Below are positions 57,401 through 64,000 of a stretch of DNA of 64,000 nucleotides, one piece after another. Position 1 is the stretch's first letter. Every line of letters starts with the position of its first letter. The stretch is from Paludibacteraceae bacterium (GTDB lineage: Bacteria; Bacteroidota; Bacteroidia; Bacteroidales; Paludibacteraceae), in assembly GCA_017387515.1 (NCBI GenBank), contig JAFOFC010000052.1, forward strand, positions 2,773 through 66,772. Reading direction: 5' to 3'. The notes under the pieces were generated by a model, which was given only the letters and a program-made list of their open reading frames with translations, was not told where the DNA came from and did no database searches. The translations under genes were made by a program, and so were the position numbers.

Positions 57401-60400
57401 ACCCAACAAACCTATCAAGTGGTATTTAACGTAGAAGCAGCTGCTCCTACTACCGCTCAACTAAGCTTGTTAGAGGTAGATAATGCGTTGCCACTGCAAC
57501 CTACATTTAGCAGCGAAGAGTACAATTATACCACCTCGCTAACCGATAACAACCCTGCTGCGGTTGTTTATGGTAAAGTAGCAACCGATAAATTGGTTAT
57601 GCAATTAACCGACCAGATGGCAACCTTGGTACTGGATAATTTAAATGGTGTTACCCACCAATACCAAGTATCGTATGCCAAATTACCTTCTAACAATGCT
57701 TTATTGCAAGATATTTTGGCAGATGGTGCAAGCGTAGAACACTTTGCTTCTGCCAACTTTGATTACGAAGTACCATGCACCGAAGGACAGGTAATTGATT
57801 TGGAACCCGTATTGATGGAAGAAGGTCAAACCATGACCATAACCTTTGATCAAGTGGCTCAGATGTATAGCATTGTAGTTACATCGCCCGATAAATCGGT
57901 AGAACGAACCTATACCGTTACCTTGGTAGTTCCTACCAATAATGCCGATTTGGCAGGTATCTTGATAAACGGTGTGATGATTGACGACTTTAACAAGGAT
58001 CAATTAGCATATACCGTTAATCTACCTGTAGAAAATCCTAAATGGAGCGAACCTGCTATGCCAAGCATCGAAGCCATTGCTGGTGCCAAAGGTCAAACCG
58101 TTGAGGTGGAAGTAAACGATCTAAACGAGGTAACCTATATTACGGTTACAGCACAAGATGGTAAAACACAAAAAGTATACGAGTTGGCTATTAATGCTAA
58201 ACCTTCTAATAATGCTTATTTAGCATCGATTGCCGCTAATTACGACGTGTTGCCTCTGTTTGAGCCTACTCAGTTGACTTATTCAATAGAAGTTGCAGCC
58301 TCTGAAGAACGTCCTGAAATTACCTATCAAAAAGGTGATGGCTTCCAACAAGTAAACGAAGTAGAAGAAGGTGATAAATACTTACTAGAAGTAACCGCTC
58401 AAGATGGTACTACTAAAAATGTGTACGAAATTACCTTTGTAACCGTTTACAACAACAACGCACAACTAGCCGGTATTACGTTAGATGGTGAATTGCTATC
58501 AGGTTTTGAACCTAATACATACGAATACAATGTAGAGTTGCCTGTAGGTACCACTGTATTGCCTATAATTGGTGTAATTAACGGTGCCGATGGCCAAACC
58601 ACCCAAGTGGTAACCAATGGCGTAAACGGCGATGCTGTTATTACCGTTACCGCCGATGATGGTCAAACTAGCAAAGATTATACCATTCATTTCTCGGTAA
58701 AACAATCGGATGTAGATACCTTGTTGGATATTCAAGTAGATGGTGAAAGTATTTTTGTTCCTGATCAATATGAATACACCGTTCCATTAGAAGTAGGTAC
58801 GCGCGTATGGCCTGTTGTTACCTGGACAGCGGGCGATGCTTACCAAACGGTAACTCCTGCCGAAAACGAATTGGATACATGGAACAAAGTGGTTACCTTG
58901 GTTACTTTGGCGCAAGATGGCTTGCACAGTAAAACGTATACCGTAAACTTGCAAGTTGCCAAATCAAACAACGCTGCCTTAAAAGACATTCAATTGGATA
59001 ACGAATCGTACGCAGGTTTTAACCCCGAAACTACCGATTACACCATAGAATTGCCTATTGGTACTACTACCTATCCAGAAGTAACCTATACCGAAGGCGA
59101 TGCTTACCAAAGCGTAGAAAAAGTAGTAAACGGCAATGTGGTTACCTTGTATGTAGTGGCAGAAGATGGTAGTGACCGTACCTATACGCTAACATTTGAA
59201 ATTTTGCACTCTAGCAATGCAAACTTGAATGGTATTTATGTAAATGACGAGTTAATAGATAACTTTGATCCTGCTACCCTAGAATACGATTATGTACTAC
59301 CTTATGGCACTACCGAAATGCCCGAAGTAACCTACGAAAAAGGCGATAAGTGGCAAGTAGTGGCTACCAATAGCGGTGGTATAAATGGTAACTATACCCT
59401 TCACGTAGTAGCCGAAGATGGTATTAGCGAGAAAGTATACATTATTTACTTTAGCGTGGCTAAATCTGATAATGCGTTGCTAAGTGATATTTTGGTAGAT
59501 GGTACATCGATAGCAGATTTTGATGCTGAAGTATATACCTATAACGTAGGCATTCCTTATGGCGAAACCGTTATTCCTACTATAGAAGGCGTAGCAAGCA
59601 TGGAAACGCAAATTGTAGAAGAAGTGCAAGCTACTTCTGTTAACGAGGTTTCTACTATTACCGTAACGGCCGAAGATGGCACCACCCAAAAACAATATAC
59701 CATTAGCTGGTACAACAAACCTTCTACCAACAATAAATTGAACATGATTTATTTGGATGGTGAATCGTTGGATAAGTTTGATAAAGAAGAATGGGAATAC
59801 CATGTAACCCTTCCTTACGGAACAACCCAATTGCCTACCATTACATGGGATAAAGGCGACGAAGACCAAACCGTCAACTTGAGTATAGAAGATAAGTTGG
59901 CTCTAATTACCGTAACGGCTCAAAATGGCGACCAATTTGATTACTATATCTATTTCACCATTGAAAAATCGGCCGAAAATCGTTTGAAAAATATCTATAT
60001 TAATGGTAAACAACTAGAGGGCTTTGATCCTGAACAAACAGAGTATGATTTTGTATACCCTGCAGGAACTCCAGTAGAAGATGTGCCAACCCTAGAAGAT
60101 GTTACTTACGAAGTGTTCGATCCTATCGAAACGGTAACGCCAATGAGCAATGATTTAACCTTGATTTTGCGTGTAACGGCCGAAAATGGTGATATTAGAA
60201 CCTATGTAATTACCCAAAGCATAGCCCTACACGATAATAGCTATTTGGCTGATATTCAAATTAACGGCGAATCGTTGCCAGACTTTGAACCCGAAAAATT
60301 AGAGTACGTATACAAGTTGCCATTTGGTTCAACTTCGGTACCCGAAGATATTGTCTATATTAGTGAAGACCCAACACAACGCGTTACCATCGCTATTAAC

Positions 60401-60781
60401 CAATTGGGCATGCCTACCGAAATTTTCGTAACTGCCGAAGATGGTAGCAAGTCGGTATACCGCATCCACTTTATGGTTGATGACTTTGATCCTACTACCG
60501 CACCTACGGCCGATAATGTATGCATTACTAGCCAACCAGACGGTAGCTGGAAATTTACCACCAATTGTGCCAATGTTACCCTTTACTTGGTAACCTTAGA
60601 TGGTAAAGTGTTGGTACAAGCTCCACTAGAATTGGTAGACGTAAATGTACCCGATATTTGTAGTCCAGAAGCAGAAGGCTATGTGTACGATGCAGGAATC
60701 GACAATATTATTGCCTACTACTTTATGCACAACATGAAAACCGTAGTATTAAGTGGTAAATTTAGGGTATCGCACTATTAA
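51401..60781 (+). CDS. 3126-aa secreted repeat protein: signal peptide, PCMD-like domain, ~15 cadherin-like repeats, second PCMD-like domain, ~15 cadherin-like repeats, unique C-terminal domain
   Basis: Single uninterrupted ORF of 9381 nt with signal peptide MRKQFNLLSLTLFVLFSFAVASVNAQ. It is flanked by terminators at 51205-51242 and 60806-60838. Subfeatures give the domain evidence. Confidence 0.85.
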   Translation: MRKQFNLLSLTLFVLFSFAVASVNAQTVPGTAKPGYQLPNASFEDWSGPEFSGEKTMPDWHGSNISQAGQNVAVVHPSSDAHSGSKSVQLRDTFVGLGSIGAVSPSWITLGTPWSYLPSITEVDKATAGTDGGIAFRYRPDAMTVWIKRKSDGKENIHLVYYSWSKQSVGTKYLGKGGGCTSTDPHYNEESDIRQEQDGNTCGTDIFANHIADGEIITKAQYDKWTQITVPIKYTKNDIPEMMNIILSASNYPQGRTNSGMVDGNYMLVDDIQLIYSSKVDVLKLGGEPLYGFNKDKYEYVVELGDKATAKDIPDVSCERSGRSLQGSEITIQKASDIGKSTIITVKAEDGSSTTTYTVTFVRNLSVNSLAEAIYVNGEAIPGFNGNVTDYDVTVPYGTNQAPAITVTKAEEAQTVEVESCSNFPCVAKVKVYAENLNISTTYTLNLKWGKLTDNTLQNILINGNPITGFNPTQNRYTVEIPLGTTQDPTIQAVSNYPDGAQTIQITNNGLNGSSSTVKVTPQEGDPRTYIITYKITESSYSYLKNIMLDGVGIEGFEPSKTDYNIALPVGTTTLPTITWEQGDAYQTVVPTYNGVNGVSRITVTAQNKQNSTNYRLSFTVQKSTNNKLNNLLVDGVAISGFDPNVTDYTYNVNPAATSRPVVTWEAGDAYQVVTKNPASEATATIEGVTKVTARAQDDSRTVYNITFTQQLSDNAKLADLSVEGNTLSPVFSADQTDYTCELQRGTTVLPAINVVKGDATQSVRIEENGVNGTAKITVKAQKGNSMVYTIAFSVPTSSDVTLKDILVGGESVQGFDPATLTYTITLPAGTTALPSIEAVKNDAAQRVIINKGGVNGTTTLRVVAENGAEQTYNLVFSVEKSLNATLKNIVVGDVDLPGFDPDVLDYTYVLSSDVTRCPIVEAEGYAGQTITITMPQLLGTARIEVQPEVGGKNVYTIRFVNQMSDNNQLADIQVNGSTIAGFDAAVTNYQVELPLGTTALPVVTYTKADANQTVQLIQPALTGPTQLVVKAENGSINTYTINFSVAHSDNALLDAIYLDGNLINEFAATTLNYQITLPAGTTTLPVVTYKKGDEAQRVIASMPQAAGVTTLQVISEDGTQTNTYTITMAVAPFDDATLKNILADGVTIDGFNPDVTAYTLNVVNGNAAPAITYQKQDATQQVVVNNQGLLGCTLTVTAQSGATSTYVINYNVVPNGKALLKDIQTYKASSFVSIDGFDAATFEYNITLPWRTTSLPVINPVAGAKGQVITLTEGSVNGTTTIHVLADDGSETTYQLHFAVEQSNNASLSNILIGGNYLEEFKADQLDYVVTLPYGTTQAPVIEYENATKDGVAITEQQIVLTAGGIKGVSSIQVTSQDGSATQTYTIRFNVAESDKPNQLARLIAGSVPVTLQDGVFNYDVTLPYGTTSLPDLLYDKNYQEQEVRVAKMGYGYQITVVSNMPGVDDVVYNLHCKVAPSPQSLLGVELKNGATLYPAFDPNVTQYIAKVNEKEDATALYDDVLNNVKIVESTDKKFVVTLTSKTNPSSSITHTIYYYYQNDVVPNGEFTQWTTPINNGDRGAVKPTGWNVPADADSGGGVGTYTGTEVVKTNNSVVGLKTTRYWDLGWAGSIIPAFMTTGTVTGALEVSAGTHFEVSGGVTFRNTPQAITIGYNFPTKKGDGALFGIRFYAGTTEYKYDYIVQTQTSNYTEYTKQLDLDGKNITYMNLIVNATNQFKGDNGTNKHGARINIDYIRLVYNKSLTSMTVNGVQATRNGNSFAATIDTEFFGTPATTFKGEVPDQAYEVIWGEEKNGVRTATVRCYAEDTSYNDYTLTVTRKQSTDNTLKELVVAGAESMVFNPATLQYDVVLPYEQNTLPDVSAAANSNYATVAISGVNNLNTTNASTLSVVVTPDKADAAAKEYKVKFTKLAPSSDATLKNLVVEGYDIAYDAANLTYNVTLPAGTTVMSAVSFEKQLDDQNVVMTLGTTTTLLVTAQDGTTQQTYQVVFNVEAAAPTTAQLSLLEVDNALPLQPTFSSEEYNYTTSLTDNNPAAVVYGKVATDKLVMQLTDQMATLVLDNLNGVTHQYQVSYAKLPSNNALLQDILADGASVEHFASANFDYEVPCTEGQVIDLEPVLMEEGQTMTITFDQVAQMYSIVVTSPDKSVERTYTVTLVVPTNNADLAGILINGVMIDDFNKDQLAYTVNLPVENPKWSEPAMPSIEAIAGAKGQTVEVEVNDLNEVTYITVTAQDGKTQKVYELAINAKPSNNAYLASIAANYDVLPLFEPTQLTYSIEVAASEERPEITYQKGDGFQQVNEVEEGDKYLLEVTAQDGTTKNVYEITFVTVYNNNAQLAGITLDGELLSGFEPNTYEYNVELPVGTTVLPIIGVINGADGQTTQVVTNGVNGDAVITVTADDGQTSKDYTIHFSVKQSDVDTLLDIQVDGESIFVPDQYEYTVPLEVGTRVWPVVTWTAGDAYQTVTPAENELDTWNKVVTLVTLAQDGLHSKTYTVNLQVAKSNNAALKDIQLDNESYAGFNPETTDYTIELPIGTTTYPEVTYTEGDAYQSVEKVVNGNVVTLYVVAEDGSDRTYTLTFEILHSSNANLNGIYVNDELIDNFDPATLEYDYVLPYGTTEMPEVTYEKGDKWQVVATNSGGINGNYTLHVVAEDGISEKVYIIYFSVAKSDNALLSDILVDGTSIADFDAEVYTYNVGIPYGETVIPTIEGVASMETQIVEEVQATSVNEVSTITVTAEDGTTQKQYTISWYNKPSTNNKLNMIYLDGESLDKFDKEEWEYHVTLPYGTTQLPTITWDKGDEDQTVNLSIEDKLALITVTAQNGDQFDYYIYFTIEKSAENRLKNIYINGKQLEGFDPEQTEYDFVYPAGTPVEDVPTLEDVTYEVFDPIETVTPMSNDLTLILRVTAENGDIRTYVITQSIALHDNSYLADIQINGESLPDFEPEKLEYVYKLPFGSTSVPEDIVYISEDPTQRVTIAINQLGMPTEIFVTAEDGSKSVYRIHFMVDDFDPTTAPTADNVCITSQPDGSWKFTTNCANVTLYLVTLDGKVLVQAPLELVDVNVPDICSPEAEGYVYDAGIDNIIAYYFMHNMKTVVLSGKFRVSHY
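51479..52237 (+). other. PCMD-like domain 1 (aa ~27-279)
   Basis: It begins QLPNASFEDWSG and ends GNYMLVDDIQLIYSSK. This is the N- and C-terminal pattern I associate with the Bacteroides putative carbohydrate metabolism domain (PF13201). Confidence 0.5.
52238..56074 (+). repeat. protein-level tandem array 1: ~15 units of ~85 aa (cadherin-like beta-sandwich type)
   Basis: A recurrent pattern, for example LKDILVGGESVQGFDPATLTYTITLPAGTTALPSIEAVKNDAAQRVIINKGGVNGTTTLRVVAENGAEQTYNLVFSV. The units are divergent at the DNA level. Confidence 0.7.
56075..56680 (+). other. PCMD-like domain 2 (aa ~1559-1760)
   Basis: It begins QNDVVPNGEFTQWTT and ends GARINIDYIRLVYNK, the same terminal signatures as domain 1. 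Confidence 0.45.
56681..60481 (+). repeat. protein-level tandem array 2: ~15 units of ~85 aa (cadherin-like beta-sandwich type)
   Basis: For example LAGITLDGELLSGFEPNTYEYNVELPVGTTVLPIIGVINGADGQTTQVVTNGVNGDAVITVTADDGQTSKDYTIHFSV. Confidence 0.7.
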
Positions 60782-60805
60782 TCGGATTGATTAACAGTAT
60801 ATAAA

Positions 60806-60838
60806 AAAGCCGAAAATTTTGATTTTCGGCTTTTTTTA
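60806..60838 (+). terminator. intrinsic terminator after the giant gene
   Basis: AGCCGAAAAT-TTTG-ATTTTCGGCT hairpin followed by T7. Confidence 0.8.
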
Positions 60839-60839
60839 T

Positions 60840-60847
60840 TATTTTTG
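60840..60847 (+). promoter_or_regulatory. putative -7 promoter box (TATTTTTG) for the CotH-like gene
   Basis: It lies 37 nt upstream of the ATG at 60884, immediately after the terminator. Confidence 0.35.
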
Positions 60848-60883
60848 TCCAGATAATCAATTATACATTCTAATACTAAACCA

Positions 60884-62767
60884 ATGAAAAAATCATTACT
60901 TCTATTATTAACCTTATTGGTTGCAGCAACCACTTTTGCTGTAGACATTCCAAAAGGGACATTTTATTACGACAACTCCATTACTAAGTTTGAAACGGTA
61001 AAGTTTGCTTATGGCGATAGGGATGCTAAAGGTACCGTGTTGGTAACTTTGACGCATCAAGGAAATGACATTTGGTCGTATACCGTTCCATCGACTGTTG
61101 AGGATGTGTACCGCTATATTTTTTTAGAAACGGCATTGCAAGATGGCGTACATAATTACACGTTCTCCGAATTTAAAGATTGGATTGCCAATGAACGTGG
61201 CGAAATTAGAACCGCTACTACCGATGAAACCATTACCTCTGGTTATACTTTTGTGCCCGAAAATAACTTAGAACGTAATTGGTACCAAGGAGAGTGGGTA
61301 AATAACAATGGCGAGGCTCTAACCCCTAAACCAACACCCGAATTGCCTCAGGCCAATTGCAAACCACATTCTAATACGTTGCCCGTATTTTATTTGAATA
61401 CCAAAAATGGTGTGGCTATTGAATCTAAAGAAGTATACGTAGAAGGAAGCTTGTATATTGACGCATCGAACAGTCAAGGTTATGAATCGGCGGGCAGTGC
61501 TGCAAGTCCTCTGGTAACCGAGGTTAAAGGACGTGGCAACTGGACATGGCGTGGTTTTGATAAAAAACCTTATCGTATTAAAATGGACAAAAAAGCATCG
61601 CTTTTAAACATGACCACCGATAAGAGTTATAACTTATTGGCCCATGCCGACGATAACTATGGCTTTTTGCGTAACACAGCTGGTTTTGCGTTGAGCCGTT
61701 ATTTTGGTATGCGTTATACGCCTACACAAGAACCAGTAGAGTTGGTATTAAACGGCAAATACAATGGCTTGTATTTCTTAACCGATCATATTAAAGTGTC
61801 TAGTAATCGTGTAAAGATAACCGAGCAAGACGATAACGAAACCGATCCTACTGCAGTTACTGGTGGATGGTTGTTAGAAATAGATAACTACGACGAAGAT
61901 CCCCATATTACCATCTATAAAAAAGATGAATACGGCGAACCCATGTGGTTTACCTACAAATCGCCCGAAGAATTGTCGTACCAACAAGAAGCTTACATAA
62001 CCAACTTCTTAAACATGGTCAACGACGCCATTTATGCCGAAGATAAAAGCAGCACCGAATGGGAAAAATACGTTGATATGGATACCTTGGTAAATTACTA
62101 CCTAATTTACGAAATTTTGGGTAATAGAGAAGGATTCCACGGTAGTTGTTATTTGCACAAAGACAGAGGTGCTAATACCAAATTGATTTTTGGCCCTGTA
62201 TGGGACTTTGGTAATACCCTTTGGAATATGGATAATACCTTTATATACGAAGATTATCCTTATGGTATTAAGTGGATTGACGAGATTGCCAAATTCCCTC
62301 GTTTCCAAGCTGCCGTACGTAAACGTTGGCAAGAAACCCGTGGCGATTTGGTGCCCTACTTGCGCAAAGAGGTAAATGCCTTTATCGATAAAATTGTGTA
62401 TGCATCGCAATGCGACTGTAAAAAATGGCCCGAATACGGCAATGCCAATGTGTTAGAACGCAAAGATGCCTTTATGAAATTGATTACCGACCGTTTGGCT
62501 TGGTTGGATACCCAATTTGGTCACGTAGGTGTAACCGAAGAGCAAAACGAAACCTTGAGCGTATTCCCTAATCCTACTCGTGGCAATGTGCAAATTGCCT
62601 CGCAAGATGCCGTTGAACAAGTAGAATTGTGCGATTTGTCGGGTAAAGTAATTGAAACCTTTACAGGAAATGTAACCAAGTTGCAACTAAATGCGGCTAA
62701 AGGTACTTACCTATTAAAAGTTTATACAGATCAAGAAGTACAAGTTCGCAAATTAATTATTTACTAA
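60884..62767 (+). CDS. CotH-family (atypical kinase-like) protein with an N-terminal beta-rich region and a T9SS CTD
   Basis: 627-aa ORF with a signal peptide. The CotH-like core includes KGRGNWTWRGFDKKPYRIKMDKK...YNLLAHADDNYGFLRNTAGFALSRYFGMRYTPTQEPVELVLNGKYNGLYFLTDHIKV...FGPVWDFG. The C-terminus has VFPNPTRGNVQIAS...GTYLLKVY...RKLIIY. Confidence 0.75.
   Translation: MKKSLLLLLTLLVAATTFAVDIPKGTFYYDNSITKFETVKFAYGDRDAKGTVLVTLTHQGNDIWSYTVPSTVEDVYRYIFLETALQDGVHNYTFSEFKDWIANERGEIRTATTDETITSGYTFVPENNLERNWYQGEWVNNNGEALTPKPTPELPQANCKPHSNTLPVFYLNTKNGVAIESKEVYVEGSLYIDASNSQGYESAGSAASPLVTEVKGRGNWTWRGFDKKPYRIKMDKKASLLNMTTDKSYNLLAHADDNYGFLRNTAGFALSRYFGMRYTPTQEPVELVLNGKYNGLYFLTDHIKVSSNRVKITEQDDNETDPTAVTGGWLLEIDNYDEDPHITIYKKDEYGEPMWFTYKSPEELSYQQEAYITNFLNMVNDAIYAEDKSSTEWEKYVDMDTLVNYYLIYEILGNREGFHGSCYLHKDRGANTKLIFGPVWDFGNTLWNMDNTFIYEDYPYGIKWIDEIAKFPRFQAAVRKRWQETRGDLVPYLRKEVNAFIDKIVYASQCDCKKWPEYGNANVLERKDAFMKLITDRLAWLDTQFGHVGVTEEQNETLSVFPNPTRGNVQIASQDAVEQVELCDLSGKVIETFTGNVTKLQLNAAKGTYLLKVYTDQEVQVRKLIIY
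62555..62764 (+). other. T9SS type-A C-terminal sorting domain of the CotH-like protein
   Basis: LSVFPNPTRGNVQIAS...LCDLSGKVIETF...GTYLLKVYTDQEVQVRKLIIY. Confidence 0.75.
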
Positions 62768-63805
62768 TTATAAGGCTGGCGCTTGCGTGGCGCGATACCT
62801 TTCTATTAAACGCGATACGGGATACTTACTCAATTCCGTATCGCTTATTTTTTGCATAGCTTGTAAAAGGTCGTTCTCTTGTGTAAGGTGGATTTTTACA
62901 AATCTAGCCTCTATAATTTGGTGGCTCAACACGTGCTTGTACGTAGGCGAAATGTGTACAATATCTCCTTTAAGTGCAGCAACTGTGGGGTGTTGGAGTA
63001 GTTCTAGCTCTGATAGTGGTTCTTCTATCAGCATAGGTTCGTAAAGCCCTTGCCAAATGTCTTTTTGGGTGCGTTGTTGTAGGTAGGTATAGTGGTCGTT
63101 CCAAATATCCAAGTACCAAAAGAATCGTTTGCGTTGAGCGGTCTTTTTGCTCTTGATGGGCAAGATGTCAGTTTGGTGGGTTCTGTAGGCAATGCATTGT
63201 TCGGCAAAGGGGCAATCCTCGCAACTGGGCGATTGTGGCGTGCATTGTATGGCGCCAAAGTCCATCATGGCTTGGTTGTATGTGGCAGGGGCGGTTTGGT
63301 CTAGTTGCTCTTGGGCTAGTTGATTAAATAATTTTTTGCCAGTTGTGCTGTCAATTGGTGTGTCGATGCCAAAAATACGGGCCAATACACGATATACATT
63401 GCCGTCTACTACGGCATAGGGGGCATGGCTAGCAAACGATGCAATGGCAGCTGCCGTATAGGCTCCAATGCCAGGTAACGATAGTAAGGTAGGGTAGTCG
63501 GAGGGAAATACCCCGCCAAATTGTTCTGCTACTATTTGGGCGGTTTTGTGCATGTTGCGCGCACGGCTGTAATACCCCAGTCCTTGCCAAAGACGAAGTA
63601 CCTCTGTTTCTGTGGCTTGCGCTAAATGTTGTACGGTAGGAAATGCTTGAGTAAACCTATAAAAATACGCCATGCCTTGAGCTACACGTGTTTGTTGCAA
63701 GATAATTTCAGACACCCAAATGGTGTATGCGTCAGTGGTTTCTCGCCAGGGAAGCATTCGTTTGTTCTCTTTATACCAATCTAATAATGTGCAACTTATA
63801 TTCAT
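62768..63805 (-). CDS. mutY: A/G-specific adenine DNA glycosylase
   Basis: 345-aa ORF with LPWRETTDAYTIWVSEIILQQTRV, an HhH-GPD region (LPGIGAYTAAAIASFA), a 4Fe-4S cluster loop (CTPQSPSCEDCPFAEQC) and a C-terminal NUDIX-like domain. Confidence 0.9.
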   Translation of the reverse strand: MNISCTLLDWYKENKRMLPWRETTDAYTIWVSEIILQQTRVAQGMAYFYRFTQAFPTVQHLAQATETEVLRLWQGLGYYSRARNMHKTAQIVAEQFGGVFPSDYPTLLSLPGIGAYTAAAIASFASHAPYAVVDGNVYRVLARIFGIDTPIDSTTGKKLFNQLAQEQLDQTAPATYNQAMMDFGAIQCTPQSPSCEDCPFAEQCIAYRTHQTDILPIKSKKTAQRKRFFWYLDIWNDHYTYLQQRTQKDIWQGLYEPMLIEEPLSELELLQHPTVAALKGDIVHISPTYKHVLSHQIIEARFVKIHLTQENDLLQAMQKISDTELSKYPVSRLIERYRATQAPAL

Positions 63806-63906
63806 ATGTAACCCTTAAAATGTGCTATAAAAGTACATTAAAAGATTCAAATTGAAAAAAAATAATTTTTCTTTGCTGAAATTGTGGTAGTTATAAAGAA
63901 AAACAC

Positions 63907-63914
63907 TATATTTG
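63907..63914 (+). promoter_or_regulatory. putative -7 promoter box (TATATTTG)
   Basis: It lies 59 nt upstream of the ATG at 63973. Confidence 0.4.
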
Positions 63915-63972
63915 CACTCTGTTTTGCTGAAAGCAAATGTTGTTGTAAATAATTGATAAAAAAATACATAAT

Positions 63973-64000
63973 ATGACAAAAGCTGAAATTGTAAACGAGA
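63973..64000 (+). CDS. 5' end of a gene, possibly an HU-family DNA-binding protein (only 9 codons in the window)
   Basis: ATG ACA AAA GCT GAA ATT GTA AAC GAG gives MTKAEIVNE. This resembles the MTKA(D/E)(I/V)(I/V)NE start of Bacteroidota HU proteins. Too little sequence is present to be sure. Confidence 0.3.

Noticed and set aside
1-64000. Mobile genetic elements, prophage, integrative elements, defence islands, and tRNA or rRNA genes.
   Set aside because: I found no transposase, integrase, recombinase, phage structural, restriction-modification, toxin-antitoxin or cas-like ORFs in any frame. I saw no cloverleaf-like tRNA candidates in the intergenic gaps. The repeats present are short, noncoding types only.

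Overview
This window is a chromosomal segment of a Bacteroidota genome, probably a Bacteroidales-type anaerobe. I infer this from type IX secretion (T9SS) C-terminal sorting domains, TAnnTTTG promoter boxes, PFOR plus methylmalonyl-CoA mutase, and the conserved block bamD-rpoZ-coaBC-DUF4835-recN. I can support about 46 protein-coding genes. I found no rRNA or tRNA genes, no CRISPR array, and no transposase, integrase, phage or recognisable defence genes. Most genes are housekeeping: pgk (partial, missing from the ORF track), panB, recN, coaBC, rpoZ, bamD, lysA, lysC, nifJ, rho, truA, pdxB, an ABC-F ATPase, ttcA, mutA/mutB and mutY. Between them sit surface or secreted cargo genes: two GH13 alpha-amylases with T9SS CTDs, an EEP-family lipoprotein, a PEtN transferase, a TetR-linked RND efflux operon with two extra genes, and a 9.4-kb gene for a 3126-aa repeat protein followed by a T9SS-targeted CotH-like protein. 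Five things deserve a second look. (1) The giant protein is built as two near-equal halves, each a PCMD-like domain plus about 15 cadherin-like repeats. It lacks the canonical T9SS CTD that its neighbours carry and sits next to a secreted CotH kinase-like protein. (2) An S46 (DPP7/DPP11-like) peptidase homologue has its catalytic His and Ser replaced. (3) A mosaic family of intergenic repeats fills almost every long intergenic gap. It includes a hairpin with a conserved 13-nt loop and covarying stems, a roughly 180-bp element present twice in inverted orientation, a roughly 75-bp module with a covarying palindrome, and arrays of 8-bp microsatellites that extend into one gene's 3' end. (4) A small P-II-like protein is translationally coupled to the RND pump. 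(5) One amylase has (GGNT)n linkers and a duplicated unassigned domain. All family assignments come from reading motifs by eye; no database search was possible.
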